DNA of 64,000 nt from an uncultured Clostridia bacterium (GTDB lineage Bacteria; Bacillota; Clostridia; Oscillospirales; CAG-272): positions 708 to 64,707 of the forward strand of contig CAMEON010000004.1 in assembly GCA_945929845.1 (NCBI GenBank), in the 5' to 3' direction. This document shows positions 46,949 through 56,258 of the stretch, one piece after another. How positions within the stretch are numbered: position 1 is the stretch's first letter; every line of letters begins with the position of its first letter. The notes under the pieces were generated by a model. It did not search any database. It worked only from the letters and a program-made list of their open reading frames with translations, and had not been told where the DNA came from. A program made the translations under genes and the position numbers.

Positions 46949-48448
46949 ATGACATGGGCGAATGGTGAAGGGAGAAGACAGGAAACGGGAGCGTATGCCC
47001 TGACTGAAGACGCACAGCCGGGGATGACAGGCGTGAAGGGGAAGAAAAGGCACTGTATGGGTCTGGGCTTTTTGGTGGCCGGTGCGTTCTTCCTGATGGA
47101 TCCCTTTGTCAGCGTCTTTGATTTCCTGCCGGATGTCATCGGCTACCTGCTGATCATACACGGCCTTACCCGGCTGGCGGATCTGGACAGCCGGATGGAG
47201 GAGGCCCGGGGACAGTTCCGGAAGCTGGCCTTGCTGGCAGGCGTGCGGCTCCTGACGATCCCCTTCATTTTCGGATTGTCCTCTCCCTCGGAACAGGGGG
47301 TGGAGCTTCTCCTGTTCTCCTTCGGCCTGGCGGTGCTGGACAGCATCGTGCTGGTTTCCGCCTGGCGTACCCTTGCGGCCGGGTTCCACTCCCTGGCGTA
47401 CCGGTATGACGGTACAGTGCCCCTTACATCTGCGCCCCGGGGCACAAAGAGCATCACGGAGCGGTTGCTGACCCGGACACTGCTGTTCATGCTTGTAAAG
47501 GAAGTGCTTGCCGTACTTCCCGAGCTGACCGTGCTGACCAATCAGGCAGGCGGTGCCGAGGCTGGTCAGAAGTGGAGCCACCTGTACGATTACATCACGC
47601 TGATGCGGGAGGTCTCTGCCGCCATCGTGCTGATCCTGGGGATCCTATGGCTGGTGTCCGTATGCCTGTATGCCCGCCGTCTGTGTGCCGATACAGTGCT
47701 CTTTGACCACCTTGCGGTGGCGTATCAGGAGACGGTGCGCACCAAGCCGGGGCTGTTTACCCAGCGCGGGATCTCCCGGGCTATGATCGTCATGGGGGTC
47801 GGCCTTGCCCTGACCGTGGATTTCTACGCCGACGGTATCAACTGCCTGCCGGATGCCCTGGCCGGGGTGTGTCTGATCTTATCTCTGCTCATGCTCCGAC
47901 GCTATGTCTCGTCCGCAGGCCCCTGCCTTGTGGGGCTTACCCTGTTCATTCCGGTCAGCCTGGCCGCCGGAGCCTGGCAGTCTTACTGCCTCAATGACCT
48001 GGCGGTCAGCGGTGGCGAGGAGTACACCCTGCTTGAGAATGCGGCCCGCCTGCCCCGGGATCCGGAGGCCTTCCGCTCCTTCTGCCTGATGTGCGTGGCT
48101 CTGCTTCTGTCTCAACTGATCCTCTCCGGGGTGCTGTACGGGCTGTACCGTGCCCTGTGCCGGGTGGTGGACAGGTACACCGGTCTGTATGTGTCTACTT
48201 CCTCTGAGGCGGAGGTGGAGGCTCTGCATACCTCCATGAAAAAGCGGCTCCTTGGATTGACGGTGTACGGCGTGGTCTGTTCCCTTTTCTCGGTGGTGTA
48301 CATGGCCACCCTGCCGATGGCCGGGGGTACGCCGATGGAGGCCTTCGGGGTGCTGGATATTGGCCTGCATATCCTCTTTGCCGTGCTGTTCTTCCGAGAG
48401 GTGGGGCGGATACGGGAGCAGATGGAGTACCGCTTCCTTTTGTCATGA
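46949..48448 (+). CDS. multi-pass membrane protein, unknown function
   Basis: The ORF-track start at 46919 is a TTG overlapping the upstream stop. I prefer ATG 46949, after AAGGGGA. The first hydrophobic block, MGLGFLVAGAFFLMD, resembles the start of the preceding gene. No family recognised. Confidence 0.6.
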   Translation: MTWANGEGRRQETGAYALTEDAQPGMTGVKGKKRHCMGLGFLVAGAFFLMDPFVSVFDFLPDVIGYLLIIHGLTRLADLDSRMEEARGQFRKLALLAGVRLLTIPFIFGLSSPSEQGVELLLFSFGLAVLDSIVLVSAWRTLAAGFHSLAYRYDGTVPLTSAPRGTKSITERLLTRTLLFMLVKEVLAVLPELTVLTNQAGGAEAGQKWSHLYDYITLMREVSAAIVLILGILWLVSVCLYARRLCADTVLFDHLAVAYQETVRTKPGLFTQRGISRAMIVMGVGLALTVDFYADGINCLPDALAGVCLILSLLMLRRYVSSAGPCLVGLTLFIPVSLAAGAWQSYCLNDLAVSGGEEYTLLENAARLPRDPEAFRSFCLMCVALLLSQLILSGVLYGLYRALCRVVDRYTGLYVSTSSEAEVEALHTSMKKRLLGLTVYGVVCSLFSVVYMATLPMAGGTPMEAFGVLDIGLHILFAVLFFREVGRIREQMEYRFLLS

Positions 48449-48537
48449 GGGAAATTTCCGCATTTTGCATAGAGTGACCTCATCCGGGTGATACTGTTTG
48501 TGGGCAGGGCTGTGGCCCTGCCGCTTACCGCATACTT

Positions 48538-48726
48538 GTGAATGTAAAGAAAAGGATGGTCACTGAAATGCAGAACCAGCAGAATCAGAACAGAAACAAC
48601 CAGAATCAGAACCAGCAGAAGCAGAATCAGAATCAGCAGAACCAGAATCAGCAGGATCAACAGAACCAGAACAGAAACAACCAGAACCAGAGCAGACAGC
48701 AGCAGAGACAGTCCGAGGAGGACTGA
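48538..48726 (+). CDS. possible Gln/Asn-repeat microprotein (start uncertain)
   Basis: 62-aa ORF with the sequence ...MQNQQNQNRNNQNQNQQKQNQNQQNQNQQDQQNQNRNNQNQSRQQQRQSEED, built from CAGAAY units. Candidate ATGs are at 48556 and 48568. The RBS is weak. Coding status is uncertain. Confidence 0.35.
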   Translation: MNVKKRMVTEMQNQQNQNRNNQNQNQQKQNQNQQNQNQQDQQNQNRNNQNQSRQQQRQSEED

Positions 48727-48865
48727 CCCCGCCGTATAGCCGGGTTGCCGTGTGACCGAATCCTCCGGCACGGCTTGCCGTAGGGAAAGCGGTCACGGGT
48801 AAAAAGGGCTGGTGCACTCCGGTGCGCCAGCCTCTGCCTCTGACAGAGGGAAAGATCACATTTTA

Positions 48866-49027
48866 GGGAAACACTGACTTAATGAGGTGGTACAGATTCG
48901 GTACAGATTTTTTCGTCTGCGATTGCGAAAAACTCAAGATGTACTGGATGTACATCGAGTTTTTCGGCAAGAAGCAGGCGGGAAAAGATGTGCCGAAGAT
49001 GTGCCGCCGAATAAATCAGCGGTTCCC
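48866..49027 (+). mobile_element. MITE-like element, family C, copy C5
   Basis: GGGAAACACTGACTTAATGAGG...CCGAATAAATCAGCGGTTCCC, with TA at 48864-65 and 49028-29. It ends 34-46 nt upstream of the pcrA start. Confidence 0.85.
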
Positions 49028-49072
49028 TAGACAGATACAACAGACGAATACCAGAAAGGAATGGCCATACAT

Positions 49073-51544
49073 ATGACAGACAGTACAGCAACGGCGACAG
49101 ACAGCGCAGTGAAACAACGCTACTTGGCGGCCAAGCGGGCTCTGTTTGACAGAGCTTACAGCCGTCTCAATCAAAAACAGCGGGAGGCGGTGTATACCAC
49201 CAAAGGCCCTCTCCTGGTGCTGGCCGGGGCAGGGAGTGGGAAGACCACGGTGCTGGTTCAGCGGATCGCCCACATCATCAAGTACGGGGATGCCTACCAT
49301 TCGGAGAAGGTGCCCGCCGGGCTTGACATGGCTCATGTGACCCAGCTGGAAGCGGCGGTCAGCCTGAGCCCGGAGGAGGTAGAGCAGATCCTGCCGGAAT
49401 TCATCTGTGACCCCTGCCCGCCGTACCGGATGTTGGCCATCACCTTTACCAACAAGGCGGCCAACCAGATCAAGAGCCGCCTGGCCAGCCAGTTCAGCGA
49501 CGAGACCATTGCCAAGGACATATGGAGCGGCACCTTCCATTCGGTGTGTATGCGGATCCTGCGCCGGGATGGGGAGAGGATCGGATACGCCCCCAATTTC
49601 ACCATTTATGACGACGACGACAGGAAAAAGATCCTGTCCCAGATCATCAAGCAGATGGAGATGGACAAGCTGATCAAGGTCAGGGAAGTGATGAACATCA
49701 TTAGCCGGGAGAAGGATAAGCTCCACACCCCGGAGGACACCCTGCGCACAGCCGGGGTGGATTACCGCCTGACCACGGTGGCCAAGGTGTATCAGGCGTA
49801 CACCGAGGAGCTGCGCCGCTCCAACGCCCTGGATTTTGACGACATCATCATGCAGACCGTGCACCTCTTCCGGACTTGCCCGGAGGTGCTGTCCTACTAC
49901 CAGCGGAAGTTCCGCTATGTGTGCATTGACGAGTATCAGGACACCAACGAGGCCCAGTTCGCCCTGGCCTCCCTGCTCTCCGGCGGCAGTGGGAACCTGA
50001 TGGTGGTGGGAGACGATGACCAGAGCATATACAGGTTTCGGGGAGCCACCATTGAGAACATCCTGCACTTTGACGAGAATTTCAAGGATGCCACCGTCAT
50101 CAAGCTGGAGCAGAATTACCGCTCCACCAAGACCATTCTGGACGCCGCCAACGGCGTCATCGCCCACAACCAGGGCCGCCGGGGGAAGACGCTGTGGACA
50201 GCCGGGGAAGCCGGAGACAAGATCGTCCTGCGCACCGCAGAGGATCAGACAGCGGAGGCTCGCTCCATTGTGGACACCATCAACCGCTGTATGAGCGGGG
50301 AGAGCACCCGGGCGGACGGCAGTCGGTGGCAGTACCGGGATTTTGCCGTGCTCTACCGTGCCAACTCCCAGTCCAGCTCCATTGAGCGTGCCTTTGCCAA
50401 AAGTGCCGTTCCCTACCGGATGCTGGGCGGCACCCGGTTCAATGACCGCAAGGAGATCCGGGATGCCGTGGCTTACCTGCAACTGATCCACAACCACAAC
50501 GACCGGGAACGCCTGCTCCGCATCATCAACGAACCCCGGCGGAAGATCGGCGACAAGACCCTGGACGCAGTCAATACCATTGCGGCTGAGACCGGGCGAT
50601 CCCTGTTCGAGGTCATGGATCACGCCGATACCTACCCGGCACTGGGACGGTCTGTGGCGGCCCTCAAGGGCTTCACCAACCTGATCCATGAGCTGACCCG
50701 CATCGCACAGACCCAGAGCCTGCCGGAGCTGTTCGATGCCGTCATGACCAAATCCGGCTACATGCTCATGCTGTTGGAGGGCGGCGAGCCGGAAAGGGAG
50801 CGGATCGAAAACCTGTACGAGCTGAAATCCAACATCACAGAGTATGCCGAGAAGGATCCGGAGCCTTCGCTGGGCGGCTTCCTGGAGGAGAACGCCCTGG
50901 TGGCGGAGGTGGACAAGTACGACGAGACCGCTGACGCCGTGGTGCTGATGACGGTGCACAGTGCCAAGGGGCTGGAGTTCCCGGTGGTGTTCCTGCCGGG
51001 CATGGAGGAGAATATCTTTCCCAGCTGGCAGACCGTGGAGCGGGGCAATGCGGATGACATGGAGGAGGAGCGCCGCCTGGCCTATGTGGCTCTGACCCGG
51101 GCCAAGGAGCGGGTGTACATCATCCACACCAAGACCCGGATGCTGAACGGACAGACCATCGTCAACCCGCCGCTCTCCTGCTTCGTGGAGGAGATCCCCA
51201 CCGAGCTGATCCAGGAGGAGGATCTGACGCAAGAAACGCCCGAGCGTCCGGCTCCGCAGACAAGCTGGCGGAACCCCTACGGGGACTACCCCCGCAGACC
51301 CCGCAAACCCCAGCATACGGATCGCCTGACCGTAGGCCGCCCCACCCCCGCTGTCAACACAGACGAGCGGGCCACCATGCAGACCCTGCGCCCCGGCGAC
51401 CGGGTGAGGCACATCACCTTTGGAGAAGGAGAGATCCTGTCCGCCAAGCCGATGGGAAGCGATATTCTCTTTGAGGTCATGTTTGACACCGCCGGAACCA
51501 AAAAGCTCATGGGTACATACGCCAAGCTGAAACGGGTGGAGTGA
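49073..51544 (+). CDS. pcrA: ATP-dependent DNA helicase PcrA (UvrD family)
   Basis: LNQKQREAVYTTKGPLLVLAGAGSGKTTVLVQRIAHII is present, plus the later helicase motifs. ATG 49073 is better spaced from AAAGGA than ATG 49061. Confidence 0.9.
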   Translation: MTDSTATATDSAVKQRYLAAKRALFDRAYSRLNQKQREAVYTTKGPLLVLAGAGSGKTTVLVQRIAHIIKYGDAYHSEKVPAGLDMAHVTQLEAAVSLSPEEVEQILPEFICDPCPPYRMLAITFTNKAANQIKSRLASQFSDETIAKDIWSGTFHSVCMRILRRDGERIGYAPNFTIYDDDDRKKILSQIIKQMEMDKLIKVREVMNIISREKDKLHTPEDTLRTAGVDYRLTTVAKVYQAYTEELRRSNALDFDDIIMQTVHLFRTCPEVLSYYQRKFRYVCIDEYQDTNEAQFALASLLSGGSGNLMVVGDDDQSIYRFRGATIENILHFDENFKDATVIKLEQNYRSTKTILDAANGVIAHNQGRRGKTLWTAGEAGDKIVLRTAEDQTAEARSIVDTINRCMSGESTRADGSRWQYRDFAVLYRANSQSSSIERAFAKSAVPYRMLGGTRFNDRKEIRDAVAYLQLIHNHNDRERLLRIINEPRRKIGDKTLDAVNTIAAETGRSLFEVMDHADTYPALGRSVAALKGFTNLIHELTRIAQTQSLPELFDAVMTKSGYMLMLLEGGEPERERIENLYELKSNITEYAEKDPEPSLGGFLEENALVAEVDKYDETADAVVLMTVHSAKGLEFPVVFLPGMEENIFPSWQTVERGNADDMEEERRLAYVALTRAKERVYIIHTKTRMLNGQTIVNPPLSCFVEEIPTELIQEEDLTQETPERPAPQTSWRNPYGDYPRRPRKPQHTDRLTVGRPTPAVNTDERATMQTLRPGDRVRHITFGEGEILSAKPMGSDILFEVMFDTAGTKKLMGTYAKLKRVE

Positions 51545-51600
51545 ACAGATGGTAGCCGGTAGCCGGTAGCCGGTAATTGATAACCGGACAGTTGGACATA

Positions 51601-51650
51601 AAAAGGTTCATCGCATGAATGTACAGTGACATCCATGGGATGAACCTTTT
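51601..51650. terminator. bidirectional terminator between pcrA and the acyltransferase gene
   Basis: AAAAGGTTCATC...GATGAACCTTTT has 12-bp arms and a 26-nt loop, with A/T tracts inside the arms. Confidence 0.6.
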
Positions 51651-51653
51651 CCT

Positions 51654-52733
51654 TTAATGGGCGTACTTCAGGAAGCGGAAGGGGCGGTGCCGCTCCAGCA
51701 GGGTGAAGACACCGTACGCCGCAAGGCAGACAGCCAGCGTGATCAGAACGGTCACAGCCCGGTGCCAGTCTTCACCCGCTGGGAACAGGCGGCGGAGCAG
51801 AGCGTCCACCACCGTGATCACAGAGGCGTGAAGACAGAAGATCACGGTACTCAGCCGCCGGAGCGTCCCGGTCAGGCGGGGGCCGGACATACAGGCCGGC
51901 CACGGCATATCCCGGAGCAGGGGGAAGGACAGGGCGCACAGCGGTACCAGGCTGACATAGAAATTCCGTGCCGCGGCCCCGCCGATGCTGTCCACCAGGT
52001 ACTTTTCTCCCACGAGAAGCCCCACGCACAGCCCGGTGAGTATCAGACGGACGACCAGCCGTCCGACCGGGCGGGAGCCGGGGGCTTTTTTGGCTCTCCC
52101 GGCCAGCCAGCGCCCCAGCGCCACCCAGAAAAGGGCTTCCGGAAAGCTGTTGGCAAAGGTGCCGAAGATGGACAGATACCCCTGGTACAGCCGGATCAGC
52201 CAGCCACAGTCGGCGATCAGGCCGTAGTAATTATGGAAGAGACAGCAGAGCAGGTAAGCGGGCAGGGTGAGCAGGAGCACCGCCCAGGCAGGTAGCCTGA
52301 CAGAGAGCAGGTACACAATGACCATCCCCAGACAGAGGGCGGACAGGAACCAAGAGGAGCGGAAGGTGCTCCCGAACAGCAGATCCCGGATCAGGTGCCA
52401 CACCCCCGTACCCACCCCGGCACTCAGGTAATCCCGGATGGCCAGGGTGAGGGGCAGGAGCAGGATGAACCAGAACAGGTACAGCCGCCCGGAGCGCAGA
52501 AGAAATTTGCCCAGTGCCGCCCGGCGTTCCTTCCCGTCCAACTGCCCGGCTCGGCTCCAGAAAAAGTAGGAGGACATGACAAAGAACAGCGGGACGGCGC
52601 ACCACAGGATGACAGGCGGCTCCCCCTGCCACAGGTCAGCATGGATGCAGACAATGGCAAGGGACAGGATCAGCTTCAGCCAATCCAGGGAGGCGTATGT
52701 TTTGGCTTCCCCCGCATCGGTTGCACGGGGCAT
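51654..52733 (-). CDS. acyltransferase family 3 membrane protein
   Basis: Start is residue 39 of ORF 51654..52847, after AAAGGAGG. YASLDWLKLILSLAIVCIH and about 10 TM segments are typical of acyltransferase_3. Confidence 0.7.
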   Translation of the reverse strand: MPRATDAGEAKTYASLDWLKLILSLAIVCIHADLWQGEPPVILWCAVPLFFVMSSYFFWSRAGQLDGKERRAALGKFLLRSGRLYLFWFILLLPLTLAIRDYLSAGVGTGVWHLIRDLLFGSTFRSSWFLSALCLGMVIVYLLSVRLPAWAVLLLTLPAYLLCCLFHNYYGLIADCGWLIRLYQGYLSIFGTFANSFPEALFWVALGRWLAGRAKKAPGSRPVGRLVVRLILTGLCVGLLVGEKYLVDSIGGAAARNFYVSLVPLCALSFPLLRDMPWPACMSGPRLTGTLRRLSTVIFCLHASVITVVDALLRRLFPAGEDWHRAVTVLITLAVCLAAYGVFTLLERHRPFRFLKYAH

Positions 52734-52789
52734 GGGTACCTCCTTTCCCGTCACGGTGACGAGGGGGTATTGACATTGAAGGCGTACTT

Positions 52790-53407
52790 TCACGCTTTCC
52801 TGACCGGAACAGGCTTCCTCTGCCGCGCGCCAGCCCACAACAAACACAGCGTGCCGGAGAAAACAGCCGGGATCAGCAAGTACACATACTTGGCACCGGT
52901 GTACACCTTTTCAAGGAAGGGAAATAGGGCAAACAGGTTGATGCCATCGCCTGGAAGCCATCCGAACAGGTCGAAGTACCGCCATTGCATATACTCACAC
53001 GAAGGAAAGCGCAGGCGGATCAGTTCGGGCGAGGCAACCAGGAGAATCGCCCAGTAGACAACGGAGAGCAACGCACACAGACTCATCACCCCGTACAGAA
53101 TGCGGAACAGCCGGGGCTTTTGCTCCTTCCGGTAGGCAAAGGCGGTGCAGATCAGGGACAGTGCCGCCATTCCCACAAACAGAAGGATCAGGGGGAGAAA
53201 CGGGGCAAGGGACGGCCAGATCAGCGAGGGGTCAACCGCCAGGTAGTACCCGCCCTCGTCGGAGACCATCAATACACAGGAGCAGGCTTTTACCGTATCG
53301 AATAACAGCTTCCCGTAAGAATAGCCGAAAAGCAGGCAGAACGCCGACAGGGCGGTGGACAGCACCCGATGGATGCGCCGCAAGCGGTGTCCCTCCAGTA
53401 CCAGCAT
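52790..53407 (-). CDS. membrane protein, unknown function
   Basis: 205 aa and about 5 TM segments. It starts 4 nt after the oxidoreductase stop on the same strand. Confidence 0.55.
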   Translation of the reverse strand: MLVLEGHRLRRIHRVLSTALSAFCLLFGYSYGKLLFDTVKACSCVLMVSDEGGYYLAVDPSLIWPSLAPFLPLILLFVGMAALSLICTAFAYRKEQKPRLFRILYGVMSLCALLSVVYWAILLVASPELIRLRFPSCEYMQWRYFDLFGWLPGDGINLFALFPFLEKVYTGAKYVYLLIPAVFSGTLCLLWAGARQRKPVPVRKA

Positions 53408-53411
53408 ATGC

Positions 53412-54500
53412 TTACCAGTCCAGGCTGACCTCGGCGTGAGCGTCCGAGGAGTCGTAGATGGCCTGCATCATGCGGGCGGTGATGATGACCTTGTCGATGT
53501 GGGAGGGCAAAACCTCGCCGGTGCGGACACAGCGGACGAAGGAGTCGATCTCATTCTGGAACATATTGACGCTCTCGAACTGGGGGGTGTCCTGCCACAG
53601 CTTGCCGTCCTTCACACCGTAGATGGTGAAGTTGCCGCCATACTGGAGGCGGATACCGGCCTTGTCGCCCAGGAAATCAATGTAAGTCTCGCTGACACCG
53701 ATGTTCTGCGCCCAGGCACCGTTGAGGCTGATGGTGGGGCCGTACACGCCGGGGGCGGTCTGGGTGCGCACCAGCCCGGTCACGCTGTCGTCCACATCGT
53801 AGGTGCCGTTCAGATCCTTGGTGTTCTCCGACCACATACCCTCATATACATAGTTGGGCATATCCACACCCAGCTTACAGTAGGCCTGTCCGGACACCGT
53901 GACCGGCTTGGGATCCCCGGTACAGTACATGACGATGTCCAGGTAGTGGACGCCCCAGTCAATGAGGGCACCGCCCCCGGCGATCTCCTTGGTGGTGAAG
54001 GCACCGCCAAGCCCGGGAATGGCGCGGTGCGCACGGAAGGACACATACACATGGTACACCTCACCCAGCGCACCGGCGGCGATCAGGTCATGGATCTTAT
54101 TGACAGCCGTGTTGAAACGGTTGACCACACCGATGTTGAGCACCTTGCCGGTCTCGTGCTGAACCTTCTGCATCTCCCGTGCCTCGGCATAGGTGCGGGC
54201 AGCCGGCTTTTCGCACAGCACATGCTTGCCAGCCCGCAGGGCATCCATGGCAATGATGGGGTGCATCTTGTTGGGGGTGCAGACCGACACTGCCTCTACC
54301 TCCGGGTCATTGATGACCTGGTGATAGTCCGTGACGGCCACGCCGCACCCGTACTTGTTCACGGCCTCCTCGGCCCGCTCCGGGATGATGTCGCAGAAAT
54401 ACTTGATGACCACATCCGGGTTGTTCATGTAGCTGGGAATATGGGCGGCATTGGCGATACAGCCACAACCGATGACGCCGACAGTAACCTTCTTATCCAT
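53412..54500 (-). CDS. Gfo/Idh/MocA family oxidoreductase
   Basis: Start is residue 45 of ORF 53412..54632, after AAGGAG. The product reads MDKKVTVGVIGCGCIANAAHIPSY...LRAGKHVLCEKP. Confidence 0.85.
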   Translation of the reverse strand: MDKKVTVGVIGCGCIANAAHIPSYMNNPDVVIKYFCDIIPERAEEAVNKYGCGVAVTDYHQVINDPEVEAVSVCTPNKMHPIIAMDALRAGKHVLCEKPAARTYAEAREMQKVQHETGKVLNIGVVNRFNTAVNKIHDLIAAGALGEVYHVYVSFRAHRAIPGLGGAFTTKEIAGGGALIDWGVHYLDIVMYCTGDPKPVTVSGQAYCKLGVDMPNYVYEGMWSENTKDLNGTYDVDDSVTGLVRTQTAPGVYGPTISLNGAWAQNIGVSETYIDFLGDKAGIRLQYGGNFTIYGVKDGKLWQDTPQFESVNMFQNEIDSFVRCVRTGEVLPSHIDKVIITARMMQAIYDSSDAHAEVSLDW

Positions 54501-54551
54501 ACAGAAAAGACGCTCCTTATGTATCAGAATATGCCCCTGGGGGCTACCACC

Positions 54552-54580
54552 ATTATATAATATCTTCTCCGGAAAGTCAA
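54552..54580 (-). promoter_or_regulatory. sigma-A-type promoter (TTGACT-17 nt-TATAAT)
   Basis: The reverse strand reads CCTTGACTTTCCGGAGAAGATATTATATAATGG. Confidence 0.6.
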
Positions 54581-54702
54581 GGCAAAAGTAGATTTTTTCG
54601 GGAAAAAGGGGTGGGGCTGGGTTACAGTTCATCTAGGGGCTTGTGAAAAAATCGCATAACCTCATCTCTCATATATGTATATATATATAATGTTTTTATT
54701 TC

Positions 54703-54947
54703 GGGCGGATATGGAATCCGCCCCTACTACTAGAAGTTGATCCAAGCATCCTTGTAGGGCGGGGGCTTGCTCCCGCCGGAGAAGACCCCGATAAAAACCT
54801 CCCTTGTGTAAAGGGCGTTACATCAGCGAAGCGTGACGGAGGGATTGTTCTTTCGGCGGGAGCAAGCCCCCGCCCTACGACAGATCATTTTGCCTTATCC
54901 TGATATCGGCTATCAGGAAATAAAGTTTAATTGTTACGCCGTACTAC
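54703..54947 (+). repeat. REP/BIME-like mosaic repeat cluster, locus E4
   Basis: GGGCGGATATGGAATCCGCCCCTAC lies at 54703-54727. The 24-nt inverted arms lie at 54754-54777 and 54855-54878. The terminal ...CGCCGTACTAC ends at 54947. Confidence 0.85.
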
Positions 54948-55034
54948 GGAGTTACGGGAATGCCCCTAAAAAATACGGAGAGCCATTTCCCATCCACATC
55001 CTTCCAAGTTAAATATACGAACTCACCTTTTTTC

Positions 55035-55060
55035 GTAGGGGCGGATTCCATATCCGCCCG
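55035..55060 (+). repeat. isolated GTAG-headed palindromic unit
   Basis: GTAGGGGCGGATTCCATATCCGCCC is the exact inverted partner of 54703-54727, so the two bracket about 300 bp including E4. Confidence 0.8.
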
Positions 55061-55341
55061 CAGCGTGACGCAAAAGGCATGGTGTTTAAATGGTTATTCT
55101 ATGGCCAGGCACCTGAACAGTAACGGGCTGGCGAACTGTAATTACCGTATTTTTCAAAAAATCACAACAAATGTGCGAAACCCCCTTGACAAAGAGAAAC
55201 GATTATGATAGTATATTACTACATTGGTAGTGTAGTGCGACTTGCGCACCATGCAACTGAACCTTTATATGTCAGAAAATACAAAAAAACGGTCCGATAC
55301 CTATCGAATGTGACGAAAAGGAAATTATTATGAAATGGGTG

Positions 55342-55370
55342 TTTACAAATAATACAAATAATGTTATAAT
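55342..55370 (+). promoter_or_regulatory. sigma-A-type promoter for the lipoprotein cluster (TTTACA-17 nt-TATAAT)
   Basis: TTTACA at 55342-47 and TATAAT at 55365-70. A second candidate, TTGACA-17-TAGTAT, lies about 150 nt further upstream. Confidence 0.55.
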
Positions 55371-55414
55371 ACTTGTGGATCGAAAGATTACACAATAATT
55401 TAGGAGGCATATTC

Positions 55415-56233
55415 ATGAAGTATTTAAGAATCGTTGTTATGTGTTTGATTTGTGCCCTGTTTTGCAGTGTCTTTCTGTCCTGCACCCCGACTCAGAATTC
55501 AAACGCCCCTTCCACGGCGAAGGATGTGTTGGATGGGGAACGCAGTATTTCCCAATCCCATGATTTGAGCGAGATCGCATACATATGGCGGATGAGCAAA
55601 TCTTTCGCCCGGACATCCATAGTTGTCCCCCCCTCCATGAGCATTGGAACAGAAGTACAAAATCCGGCTCTGATCTACTATGAGAATCCGAATCATGTTA
55701 ACTGGCAGTATGAGTATCCCGTCATGGATTCAGACAGTTATTGGTTTTTCCAGTACAGCTATATGCTATGGTCTGACTGCCGGGTGGGCGTGTATCGTAC
55801 CAGCTTCAGCGAAAGCGAAAACCATGGAGAAACGGGGGAGGATGTGTACTATGTCCACCTGATCTTTGAGAAAAAGGCCCCCATCAGCACGGAGGAATGT
55901 CTGCCGGAGACATGGTGGTATTTTACCGGAAAGTACATCTACACCTCTGAAACCTCCGCCACCGCCGACACCTCCCTCCTGAAACCCGGTGCTTCGGTGC
56001 GCTCCCTCTTGGACAGCTTCCCGGAGCTGGGGCTGTACTGCAAGGTGGACGGACGGTTCCCCTTCACGGTCAGTGGCGATGTGTACGCCGGCCCCGCCGT
56101 GCTCATGGTCAACGAGGGCTTCTTCCTCATCACCACCGAGCTGTCAGCGGACGGCACGGATGTGCTGATCAAGGAGGTCACAAAGCAGGACACGCTGACT
56201 TACCAAGACCTGTGCGCCTTGTTTGGCGCATGA
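55415..56233 (+). CDS. lipoprotein A, unknown function
   Basis: Start is residue 15 of ORF 55373..56233, after AGGAGG. The signal peptide MKYLRIVVMCLICALFCSVFLSC has a lipobox. The C-terminal ~100 aa are nearly identical to those of the next gene. Confidence 0.75.
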   Translation: MKYLRIVVMCLICALFCSVFLSCTPTQNSNAPSTAKDVLDGERSISQSHDLSEIAYIWRMSKSFARTSIVVPPSMSIGTEVQNPALIYYENPNHVNWQYEYPVMDSDSYWFFQYSYMLWSDCRVGVYRTSFSESENHGETGEDVYYVHLIFEKKAPISTEECLPETWWYFTGKYIYTSETSATADTSLLKPGASVRSLLDSFPELGLYCKVDGRFPFTVSGDVYAGPAVLMVNEGFFLITTELSADGTDVLIKEVTKQDTLTYQDLCALFGA

Positions 56234-56258
56234 CCGCACAACGAGAGGAGAAAACGAT

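Noticed and set aside
48112-48771. A 219-aa minus-strand ORF with a poly-Leu/Ile/Val stretch (LLILLILVLLILILLLLVLILVV).
   Set aside because: It is the reverse-complement reading of the CAGAAY repeat, and it overlaps the 3' end of the 46949 membrane gene in antisense. It is an artefact of the repeat.
49016-51412. A 798-aa minus-strand ORF.
   Set aside because: It is antisense to pcrA, whose helicase motifs are unambiguous. It is a shadow ORF.
51551-51575. A short tandem heptamer (GGTAGCC x3, then GGTAA) just after the pcrA stop.
   Set aside because: It has only three units, lies outside coding sequence, and lacks obvious partner motifs. It is most likely slippage noise.
55215-55265. A tRNA-like look to CATTGGTAGTGTAGTGCGACTTGCGCACCATGC, downstream of a TTGACA-17-TAGTAT promoter.
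   Set aside because: It cannot be folded into a cloverleaf. It has no acceptor stem or T-loop GTTCRA motif, and only a 5-bp hairpin.
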